DNA from: Campylobacterales bacterium
GTDB taxonomy: Bacteria > Campylobacterota > Campylobacteria > Campylobacterales > Sulfurimonadaceae
Direction: 5' to 3'
Assembly: GCA_038205935.1 (NCBI GenBank)
Contig: JBBRBK010000045.1
Coordinates: 1 to 15,207 of the forward strand
DNA length: 15,207 nt
This document shows positions 1-6,736 of the stretch, piece after piece. Numbering within the stretch: the first letter of the stretch is position 1; each line of letters starts with the position of its first letter. The notes under the pieces were generated by a model that made no database searches, was not told the origin of the DNA, and saw only the letters and a program-made list of their open reading frames with translations. Made by a program: the position numbers and the translations under genes.

Positions 1-308
1 AGATGAATACGGTAAAACTTTGGCAATGAGAGTTTTAACAGCTCAATATTTTTTTGACTGATATTTTCTTGTAGTTTTGTGATGATTTCATCCGCAGATA
101 AGATGTCAATTTTCTCAATATTTGAACTGTACGTTTTAAATGTGTCATTAGAAATAGCGGCATTTGAAACGACAATCATCGAGTAAGCAGATGAAAGTTT
201 TTGCTCATACGCTTCGAGTGCTCTGTCATTGACAATGAAAATCTGAATGGCAAACAGAATTGAGAATAGTGCTAAGATAAGAGAAAAATGATTTTTAAGT
301 GACTTCAT
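1..308 (-). CDS. ftsX: Cell division permease FtsX, N-terminal part only (continues past the left edge)
   Basis: Not in the ORF track because it is truncated. ATG at 308 overlaps the end of ftsE, and the frame is open to position 1: MKSLKNHFSLILALFSILFAIQIFIVNDRALEAYEQKLSSAYSMIVVS...LKLSLPKFYRIH. It has an N-terminal transmembrane helix and sits directly behind ftsE. Confidence 0.85.
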   Translation of the reverse strand, partial: MKSLKNHFSLILALFSILFAIQIFIVNDRALEAYEQKLSSAYSMIVVSNAAISNDTFKTYSSNIEKIDILSADEIITKLQENISQKNIELLKLSLPKFYRIH

Positions 309-966
309 AAATTGTTCCAAATTCGATGTGGAGATGTTTGTACGGTATTTTCATATTTTCAGGAATATGGTGTGTGACAACTATAATAGTTGTTTTTAGC
401 TGAGTATTTGCGCCCTCAAGAAGGTTCCAGATAAGTTCTGCTGAATAATCATCAAGATTACCAGTTGGTTCATCTGCTAAAATCAAAATGGGGTTGTGAG
501 ATAATGCTCTTGCCATCGCAACGCGTTGCTGTTCGCCACCACTAAGTTCAAGAGGGTATTTTCCAGATTGGTGGTTGAGTTTTACATGACTTAAAAGCTT
601 GTGTACCTGTTGTTCGCTGACACTTTTTTGAAAGCCGCCGATGATGAGAGGTAACATAACATTTTTCTCGATCGTCCACTCTTTGATAAGTTTATAATCT
701 TGAAAAACAATGCCTATGTGTTGTCTTAGAAAGTTGAGCTTTTTAGAGCTTATATTTTTGATTTGCGCTCCGCCAACAATAAGACTTCCTTGCTTTGGCT
801 TTATCGCACCATATAATGACTTTAAAAGTGTGGATTTTCCACTTCCGCTGGCACCTGTGATAAAGGTAAAACTGCCAGACTCAACGGAAAAATTTGCCTG
901 ATTGATGATAGTCTCATCTTTGTTATACGAGAGAGTTAACTCTTCTGCTATGATCACTTTATCCAT
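295..966 (-). CDS. ftsE: Cell division ABC ATPase FtsE (223 aa)
   Basis: Walker A GASGSGKS, Q-loop IGIVFQDYKL, signature LSGGEQQRVAMARA, Walker B/D-loop ILADEPTGNLD. Start moved from 978 to ATG 966 (MDKVII), which overlaps the trmB stop by 8 nt (ATGGATAA). Confidence 0.93.
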   Translation of the reverse strand: MDKVIIAEELTLSYNKDETIINQANFSVESGSFTFITGASGSGKSTLLKSLYGAIKPKQGSLIVGGAQIKNISSKKLNFLRQHIGIVFQDYKLIKEWTIEKNVMLPLIIGGFQKSVSEQQVHKLLSHVKLNHQSGKYPLELSGGEQQRVAMARALSHNPILILADEPTGNLDDYSAELIWNLLEGANTQLKTTIIVVTHHIPENMKIPYKHLHIEFGTIYEVT

Positions 967-2137
967 GTAACATCTCATTTAAAATTTTGTGGGCTACTAA
1001 ATTTGCAGATGAACGAAGAGGCGATTTTGGAAAATATCTTGTTTGGTCGCCATCTAAAATAGCATAAAGATGTTCCGGTCTATCAAAACTTCCCATTGAT
1101 ATTCTAAAAACCATCATATTTTTATTTTCGACATTATATACTCTTTCGATATGAATAAATCCATCATCGAATTTTTTTATGATTCCATTGAGATTATCGA
1201 GTGTTTCAGCTGTTGCAGATATGTCAATAAAATCAAAAGTATCGCTTACATGTAATGGTTCACTCATCTCATCATTAATCATCGTGATATCATAGATATT
1301 TTTTTCCATCTTGCGCCATCTGTCTTCGTATTTACTGACTATTGCGATATCTTGGTTTTTATTTATCTGCAATTTGACCTTCGTTCTTGAGATAAAAGTC
1401 TCGTAGGAAAAAGCATAATAATTTTCACTGTCGGTTCTGAGTTCTAGCTGTCCACCCACTTTTAAAACACGCGTGGCTTCATCAAGGAACTTTTTAGAGA
1501 TAACACGGCGATGCGGTTTTTTATCCCAAGGAACTGGAAAATGGACATAGATTTTTCCAACTATATTTGATGGGACTTGTTCTAAAAAGAGTCTCGCATC
1601 ATAATCCAAGATAAGTAGATTTTCAAGATTTTGGATACTAATCTGCTTTAAAACTTGCTCTATTGATGGACGATGAATCTCGATACCGATAAAAAGAATA
1701 TCAGGATTATTTTTAGCTTGGTGAAGGATATGTCTTCCCGAACCAAATCCAACTTCAATATGAACTTCTTTATCAGTTGGGAAATTTTTAGCAAAGTATT
1801 CTATATCTTTGAGTGCTGTGATGCTCTCAAGGTGCATATTTGGTTTGCCATCTACTACATTGGAAGAGAGAACTTCCATTTGAGAAACTTTTGCATAAGA
1901 TAAAAGCGCTTGATGTACCAAATACGTAGAAGAGGGACGTGAAAGTTTGTCGGCTTTAAGAAGGCTTCTTCCTTCCTCCTCAATTGAAAGCAGAAAAAAT
2001 TCTGTTCCTTCTATATTTACGCATACAAGCTGTTCTTCTGTATGTTTGAGGTTTTTGGCTAGAAAATTAAATGTAACTTTCCCCTCAGATGAAGGGAAAT
2101 CTATTTTCTTAAAACTGTTTACATGTAAGTGAGGCAT
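959..2137 (-). CDS. trmB: tRNA (guanine-N7)-methyltransferase TrmB, long Campylobacterota form (392 aa)
   Basis: SAM-binding EVGFGSG, GIEI, FPVPWDKKPHRR and LRTD motifs. The N- and C-terminal extensions are typical of Campylobacter/Helicobacter TrmB. Confidence 0.93.
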   Translation of the reverse strand: MPHLHVNSFKKIDFPSSEGKVTFNFLAKNLKHTEEQLVCVNIEGTEFFLLSIEEEGRSLLKADKLSRPSSTYLVHQALLSYAKVSQMEVLSSNVVDGKPNMHLESITALKDIEYFAKNFPTDKEVHIEVGFGSGRHILHQAKNNPDILFIGIEIHRPSIEQVLKQISIQNLENLLILDYDARLFLEQVPSNIVGKIYVHFPVPWDKKPHRRVISKKFLDEATRVLKVGGQLELRTDSENYYAFSYETFISRTKVKLQINKNQDIAIVSKYEDRWRKMEKNIYDITMINDEMSEPLHVSDTFDFIDISATAETLDNLNGIIKKFDDGFIHIERVYNVENKNMMVFRISMGSFDRPEHLYAILDGDQTRYFPKSPLRSSANLVAHKILNEMLHG

Positions 2138-2138
2138 A

Positions 2139-3533
2139 TTAGAGAGAACCTGTGTCTAGATCTGGTGCAGCTTCTATTGTGCTTTTTACCGGTTCAGGAA
2201 CAGGTGTTGGAGTACTTACAATTGGTTTGCTTACTTGCGTATTTTGCAAATTATTTTGTAGTACTCTTTTTTGTTCCCCTTGAAGAGGAAGTGCGTCTGA
2301 TGAGATAGTTGCTTCGATACTTGGTTCTGAAGAAATATTATACTCATCTACACCCATAACTTGGTATTTGTAAACTGTTCCAGCATAGATATTAGGATCA
2401 GTGAATCTTGTATCTGTAATCCCTCTTATCTCATCTACGTTAGAGTTAAACCAGCCCTGTCTTGCTGTTTTGATAAGGGTATAACTTTTAATTCTTCGAT
2501 CACTGCTGATCCATCTGAGTTCAGCTTTATTATTTACAATTTTTGCTTCCATCATGTCAGGTGTTTTTGGTTTTATAAGTGTGATTCCCTGAAGGGCAGG
2601 TGTAGTCGTATCACTTTCCAATCCATCTTTATCAACAGCAGTCACACGGTAAAAATACTGTTTCCCGTCATCTTGTACATCATCTGTAAAATTGTTCGTT
2701 ATAAGTTTCCCATGATATTCTAAAACACCAGTTGCGCTTTCACCTCTGTAAAGTTTGTAATAAGAAAAATCACTTACAGTAGATGGTTGCCAAGAGAGCT
2801 TGATCTTTTTAGGAAGATTGTTTGTGACTGTGAGTCCTTGGATGTCGGGTGGAAGTTGCTTTGTTACGGCTTGGACAACTTGGCTAGGTGTTGACTCGAT
2901 ATTGTCAAATGTAACAGATCTGATTCTATATTTGTAGATCTGGCCATCAGCCAATTTTGTATCAATATACTCTGCATGTAATCTTCCATCAATATGTGCA
3001 ACATCTTTGAAATCATCATCTTTAAGGGATTTTCGCTCCAGAATATAACCGCTTACTCTTGAATTTGTATGTGGTCTCCAAAGTATTTTTACACTTCTTG
3101 GCATATTTTGAATGCTATCTATCCACGCAACAGATGGAAGTACGGGCAGTGTACTGACTGTGAGAGTTTCTGATTTTTGGCTTTGCGCTTTATCTGAAAA
3201 TGTTGTGAAAAAATATTGATATTTTGTATTTGGAACGACACTATTATCTTCATAATGTGTTGCAAAACGGTTATCAACTGTTGCATATCTGCTGATTTGT
3301 GTATCATCTTTTTGCGGATCATTTCTATAAACATATATTCCAGCTACTCTTGGATCTTTCACATCTTTCCACTCAAATGCAATAGACTTCATGTCTTCCA
3401 TGTGCCCGTTGAGGGAGATCACAGGTAAAGTGGTGTCTATCGCATCTTCAGGTGGTGTTGGTGTTGAACCGTTACATCCGCTCAGAAGAAGCGCTAAAAC
3501 CGAGCTTAATGTTATCAGGTTTAATAGTTTCAT
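2139..3533 (-). CDS. flpA: Fibronectin type III repeat lipoprotein (FlpA-like, 464 aa)
   Basis: Lipoprotein signal MKLLNLITLSSVLALLLSGC with lipobox LSGC. Four FN3-like units with W...Y.(I/L)YR...F.D...Y.Y.V patterns. GGAG RBS at 3541-3544 supports ATG 3533 over 3551. Same rluD-flpA-trmB-ftsEX order as in C. jejuni. Confidence 0.8.
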   Translation of the reverse strand: MKLLNLITLSSVLALLLSGCNGSTPTPPEDAIDTTLPVISLNGHMEDMKSIAFEWKDVKDPRVAGIYVYRNDPQKDDTQISRYATVDNRFATHYEDNSVVPNTKYQYFFTTFSDKAQSQKSETLTVSTLPVLPSVAWIDSIQNMPRSVKILWRPHTNSRVSGYILERKSLKDDDFKDVAHIDGRLHAEYIDTKLADGQIYKYRIRSVTFDNIESTPSQVVQAVTKQLPPDIQGLTVTNNLPKKIKLSWQPSTVSDFSYYKLYRGESATGVLEYHGKLITNNFTDDVQDDGKQYFYRVTAVDKDGLESDTTTPALQGITLIKPKTPDMMEAKIVNNKAELRWISSDRRIKSYTLIKTARQGWFNSNVDEIRGITDTRFTDPNIYAGTVYKYQVMGVDEYNISSEPSIEATISSDALPLQGEQKRVLQNNLQNTQVSKPIVSTPTPVPEPVKSTIEAAPDLDTGSL

Positions 3534-4449
3534 TAAAATTCTCCATATCAAAGTTTTTCTCTATAAATTGTAACATATCTTTATCTAATGGAGCGATGAA
3601 AGACTCCGTCTTTTTCGTGGTCGGATGGATAAAGTACAATAAATAGGCATGTAGCAAAATATGTTCCGATTTCTCTTTTTTCTCTTTAGTGCCATACAAA
3701 TGATCACCGATAATATGACGATTGAGTTTTTCTAAGTGAACACGTATCTGATGTGTTCTACCTGTAAAAAGCTTACATGTAAGCAATTCACAGCTTTCAT
3801 CAAGACTTAAAAGTGTCTTTTTGAACTCGGTTTTTGCAGATTTTCCATGTGAAAGAATTGCCATTTTAAGGCGGTTGTGAGAACTTCTAGCAATAGATCC
3901 CTCGACAACGGTAATATCATCTTTAAGCGGAGGAGTTGAAATAGCAAGATAATATCTTCCCATTGTTTTATCTTGAAGTTGTAAAGAGAGAGCTTCATGA
4001 GCTTCATTTGTTTTAGCGATAACCATCGCTCCGCTAGTACCTTTATCAAGTCTGTGGACAATACCGTGACGCTCTTCACCGCTTATGGTTGAGAGTCTGA
4101 TACCTCTATGTTTAAGCCAGTCTACAAGTGTAGGTTCTTTTACACTTGGGGCAGGGTGAACAGTAAGGCCTGAGGGTTTATTTATAACAAGTAGATCATC
4201 ATCTTCATAAAGAATTTCTACATCAAAATCTATTTTTTGAGGACGCGTTTCTTTAGCCTCTGGGAAAATAACGGTTACTTGCTGATCTACCTTTAGCTTG
4301 ACACCTGGACGTGCCAAGATCTTTCCATCAACGCTGACAGCATTTTGTTTGATGAGTTGGACTATTTGAGAGCGAGTTTGACCGATCTGTTCTGTCAAAA
4401 AACTGTCTAATCTTTGTTCATTTTGAATTGTATAGGTTTGAGTGTTCAT
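3472..4449 (-). CDS. rluD: RluA-family 23S rRNA pseudouridine synthase with S4 domain (RluD-like, 325 aa)
   Basis: N-terminal S4-like RLDSFL..RSQIVQLI, VINKPSGLTVHP, catalytic HRLDKGTSG, TGRTHQIRVH. Confidence 0.9.
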   Translation of the reverse strand: MNTQTYTIQNEQRLDSFLTEQIGQTRSQIVQLIKQNAVSVDGKILARPGVKLKVDQQVTVIFPEAKETRPQKIDFDVEILYEDDDLLVINKPSGLTVHPAPSVKEPTLVDWLKHRGIRLSTISGEERHGIVHRLDKGTSGAMVIAKTNEAHEALSLQLQDKTMGRYYLAISTPPLKDDITVVEGSIARSSHNRLKMAILSHGKSAKTEFKKTLLSLDESCELLTCKLFTGRTHQIRVHLEKLNRHIIGDHLYGTKEKKEKSEHILLHAYLLYFIHPTTKKTESFIAPLDKDMLQFIEKNFDMENFNETIKPDNIKLGFSASSERM

Positions 4450-4471
4450 TAGTTAATTACGACCTTTGTTA

Positions 4472-4480
4472 TGTTACAAT
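4472..4480 (+). promoter_or_regulatory. Extended -10 element (TGTTACAAT) for rodA
   Basis: Matches the TGnTATAAT-type housekeeping promoter and lies 15 nt upstream of the AGGAG RBS (4496-4500). Confidence 0.55.
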
Positions 4481-4509
4481 CTCATAATTTTTTTTAGGAG
4501 TTGTGTAAT

Positions 4510-5622
4510 TTGTGGAGAATTGATAGGCGAATTTTAGCACAATTTGATTTTATTACCATTATCTTTATTATGCCACTTATATTTATTTCACATTGGCTCA
4601 TAGGTGAAGTTGTTCCCGCACTTGCACAAAAGCATACAGCTTATGTTTTTTTCTCCTTCCTTGCCTTTATAGGAGTTTTTTTTCTTCCTATTAGACGCAT
4701 GAACTGGCTCATTCCTCTTATTTATTGGATCAATATTATTTTGCTTCTTGGAGTTGAATTTATTGGTCATTCCCGTCTTGGTGCAAAACGCTGGATCGAT
4801 ATTCCTCTTATCAATGCAACAATCCAACCCTCAGAATTCGTAAAACCCGCTCTTATCTTGATGCTTGCATATCTTATCAGTAGATCTCCACCTCCACCAG
4901 ATGGGTATAGAATCAAAGATTTTTTGAAGATATCCATGTATATTATGCTTCCGTTTGTTCTCATTGTTAAAGAACCAGACCTTGGTACGGCTCTTGTGTT
5001 AGTACTGATAGGATATGGAGTTTTATTTCTAGTGGGAGTACATTGGAAAATCTGGGCAAGTATGCTGGTGGCAATGTTTGTTATCTTTCCTTTAGCGTAC
5101 ACTCAAGTACTACATGATTATCAAAAACAGAGACTTCTGGACTTTGTGGGTGAAAAACCTTCCTATCACGTTCAGCAGTCCATCATTGCAATAGGATCTG
5201 GTGGCTGGACTGGAAAACATAAAGATGATGCCACGCAGACGCAGATGAAATTCTTGCCTATAGCAACGAGTGATTTTATTTTTGCTTATGTGGTTGAGAG
5301 AACAGGCTTTTTAGGAGCTCTGTTTTTGATCACTGTTTATGTGATTTTAATCTTGCATCTCGTTACTTTAAGTATCTATCATAATGACTATTATATAAAA
5401 GTTGTTGCCTCGGCCATTGGTTTGATGATATTCGTCTATATGAGCGTGAATATTGCTATGACGATGGGACTTGCCCCAGTTGTTGGGGTTCCGCTACCGA
5501 TGTTTAGTTATGGCGGAAGTAGTTTTTTAAACTTTATTATTCTTTTTGCTGTTATGGAAAATTTAATAGCATTTAGGTTCAAAGACTCTTATGATGGGCG
5601 TGGTACGAAGAGTTTTGTGTAA
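4510..5622 (+). CDS. rodA: Rod shape-determining SEDS peptidoglycan polymerase RodA (370 aa)
   Basis: Multi-pass membrane protein with GAKRWI, IQPSEFVK, EPDLGT, YHVQQSIIAIGSGG, TSDFIFA and GVPLPMFSYGGSS. TTG 4510 is preferred over 4501 because AGGAG ends at 4500 (9-nt spacing versus 0). Confidence 0.9.
   Translation: MWRIDRRILAQFDFITIIFIMPLIFISHWLIGEVVPALAQKHTAYVFFSFLAFIGVFFLPIRRMNWLIPLIYWINIILLLGVEFIGHSRLGAKRWIDIPLINATIQPSEFVKPALILMLAYLISRSPPPPDGYRIKDFLKISMYIMLPFVLIVKEPDLGTALVLVLIGYGVLFLVGVHWKIWASMLVAMFVIFPLAYTQVLHDYQKQRLLDFVGEKPSYHVQQSIIAIGSGGWTGKHKDDATQTQMKFLPIATSDFIFAYVVERTGFLGALFLITVYVILILHLVTLSIYHNDYYIKVVASAIGLMIFVYMSVNIAMTMGLAPVVGVPLPMFSYGGSSFLNFIILFAVMENLIAFRFKDSYDGRGTKSFV
4531..4539 (-). 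promoter_or_regulatory. Candidate extended -10 (TGCTAAAAT) for the rluD-flpA-trmB-ftsEX operon, inside the rodA coding start
   Basis: The reverse complement of ATTTTAGCA is TGCTAAAAT, about 80 nt upstream of the rluD ATG. I found no better minus-strand -10 in the 60-nt intergenic gap. Confidence 0.45.
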
Positions 5623-5659
5623 ATTCACACACTTTCAATTTTTTTTAATAAATATTAAG

Positions 5660-5665
5660 TATAAT
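5660..5665 (+). promoter_or_regulatory. -10 element (TATAAT) for the tRNA gene
   Basis: Perfect TATAAT 35 nt upstream of the tRNA, with an AT-rich upstream region. Confidence 0.65.
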
Positions 5666-5700
5666 TTCAACCTCAAACGTGTCTGACATGTTTGCATGGA

Positions 5701-5777
5701 GGGTTTTTAGCTCAGCTGGTTAGAGCTCTCGGCTCATAACCGAGCGGTCCAGGGTTCGAGTCCCTGAGAACCCACCA
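5701..5777 (+). tRNA. tRNA with CAT anticodon, most likely tRNA-Ile2 (lysidine, reads AUA); elongator tRNA-Met is the alternative
   Basis: Full cloverleaf: acceptor GGGTTTT/AGAACCC, D arm GCTC/GAGC, anticodon arm CTCGG-CTCATAA-CCGAG, T arm CAGGG-TTCGAGT-CCCTG, discriminator A and encoded CCA. G1-C72 excludes the initiator, and C29-G41 is an Ile identity element. Confidence 0.95.
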
Positions 5778-6017
5778 CCTCCCTAAAATACACTATTTTA
5801 AGACTTATAAAAAAAATATTTTTCAGTTTCTTTGCACTTTTTTATATCTTTAATACTCAAATTATTTAAGAACTTTACTCGTTGTTTTTGCTGTCTTGAT
5901 ATAAATCTAGCATACTTTGTAAACGTCACATGTATGTACATCGGTATAACTTATTATTTGTAATCCTTTTGTTATAAACCTGAATACATTAAAGAAGGAA
6001 AGTGAGATAAGAGAAGA

Positions 6018-6043
6018 TTACACCCCATTGCAATAGGGTGTAA
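6018..6043 (-). terminator. Intrinsic terminator downstream of the small secreted protein gene
   Basis: TTACACCC-N10-GGGTGTAA inverted repeat followed on the minus strand by TCTTCTCTT, about 40 nt after the stop at 6083. Confidence 0.7.
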
Positions 6044-6082
6044 GTAGAACTACGTGTGTTGAAAAAGTGTTAGGAGAATGTC

Positions 6083-6529
6083 TTAGTGATCGTCCCTGTG
6101 GCCTCTGTCATCATGTTTTTGGTTGCCATGGTCATTCCCTCTGTGGTCGTCTCTACGATCATCTCTGCGGTCATGCCCACGATCATGATGTCTTTCTTGG
6201 TAACGAGGAACATATTCATTTCGGTACCAGTCATCGTGTACAAATAAAACCCGTTGATGGCAGGCATTATATCTGTGACAGTATTTATTCCAATGCCTGG
6301 ACTGATATGGCGGAACACGTAGATAGATTGGCGCCCTGTTTCTTGAGACTCCACGATCAATGACCATTGGTTGAGCGTAGATTACTCTTGGCTGTGGATA
6401 GTCACCGATGTTCAGTTGTCCGTAGAAACCCGGCTGACCAATGCTAAGGGAAACTCCAACATCAGCAGCCGACACTGTGGTAGTAAAAGATGCAATGGCA
6501 ATTGCCGCTGTTATAAGAAAACGTTTCAT
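6083..6529 (-). CDS. Small exported protein of unknown function with a His/Asp/Arg-rich tail (148 aa)
   Basis: AAGGAG RBS (6535-6540) 5 nt before ATG 6529. Sec signal MKRFLITAAIAIASFTTTVSA. Core DVGVSLSIGQPGFYG..PIYLRVPP..HWNKYCHRYNAC..FVHDDWY. Has its own candidate promoter and terminator. Confidence 0.85.
   Translation of the reverse strand: MKRFLITAAIAIASFTTTVSAADVGVSLSIGQPGFYGQLNIGDYPQPRVIYAQPMVIDRGVSRNRAPIYLRVPPYQSRHWNKYCHRYNACHQRVLFVHDDWYRNEYVPRYQERHHDRGHDRRDDRRDDHRGNDHGNQKHDDRGHRDDH
6086..6190 (-). repeat. Degenerate short tandem repeats encoding HHDRGHDRRDDRRDDHRGNDHGNQKHDDRGHRDDH
   Basis: Units such as GACCGCAGAGAT / GATCGTAGAGAC / GACCACAGAGGG. The 35 residues include 8 His, 11 Asp and 8 Arg. 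Confidence 0.7.
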
Positions 6530-6557
6530 TGTGACTCCTTTTTTATTGTAACAATCT

Positions 6558-6566
6558 AGTATAGCA
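6558..6566 (-). promoter_or_regulatory. Extended -10 (TGCTATACT) for the small secreted protein gene
   Basis: TGn plus TATACT, about 17 nt upstream of the RBS, followed by the palindrome ATTGT-A-ACAAT (6545-6555). Confidence 0.55.
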
Positions 6567-6607
6567 TATAAAATAGTTATAAACATTTCTCTCTTAAATT
6601 TATATAA

Positions 6608-6631
6608 TGCCAATTGATTTTAGAATTGGCA
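6608..6631. repeat. Perfect inverted repeat TGCCAATT-N8-AATTGGCA (operator or eda terminator)
   Basis: 8-bp perfect arms at 6608-6615 and 6624-6631 in an otherwise very AT-rich intergenic region. Confidence 0.6.
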
Positions 6632-6649
6632 AGTGATAAGTGTAATAAA

Positions 6650-6658
6650 TGCTAAAAT
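6650..6658 (+). promoter_or_regulatory. Extended -10 (TGCTAAAAT) facing the 3' end of eda
   Basis: Canonical TGnTAAAAT followed by AGGA (6671-6674) and ATG (6680). Confidence 0.45.
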
Positions 6659-6679
6659 CTCTTTCATCTCAGGAATAAA

Positions 6680-6736
6680 ATGAATAGATATTTATATATC
6701 AATGAGGCAGAGAGCTTTTTATTATTGATGGATTAA
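6680..6736 (+). other. Candidate 18-aa small ORF or truncated gene start (MNRYLYINEAESFLLLMD)
   Basis: Promoter, RBS and ATG are all correctly spaced. The ORF overlaps the convergent eda 3' end by 15 nt. No homology recognised. Confidence 0.25.

Noticed and set aside
4488..4495. T8 tract before the rodA RBS as a phase-variation site
   Set aside because: Short A/T runs are common in this AT-rich DNA, Campylobacterota contingency tracts are usually poly-G/C, and rodA is a core gene.
710..5102. Short opposite-strand or alternative-frame ORFs over the core genes (e.g. 710-901, 1673-1903, 2361-2723, 3119-3334, 3807-4079, 4767-5102)
   Set aside because: They are nested in well-supported genes and have no recognisable motifs; shadow ORFs.
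5760..5777. att-site duplication of the tRNA 3' end, prophage or integrative element
   Set aside because: No second copy was found by eye in the window, and no integrase or transposase is present.
5784..5800. TAAAATA-CAC-TATTTTA hairpin as the tRNA terminator
   Set aside because: An all-AT stem with no adjacent U-tract; too weak to call.
6086..6190. CRISPR-like or mobile repeat
   Set aside because: The repeats are short, degenerate and in frame, with no repeat-spacer structure; they are explained by the low-complexity protein tail.
6067..6363. Cys/His-rich plus-strand ORF 6067-6363 and alternative-frame ORF 6070-6360
   Set aside because: The metallothionein-like composition is a by-product of the repeat tail of the 6083-6529 gene, which has the RBS, signal peptide and terminator.
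6608..6645. TTGGCA as a sigma-54 -24 box on either strand
   Set aside because: No TTGC -12 element at the required spacing in either direction.
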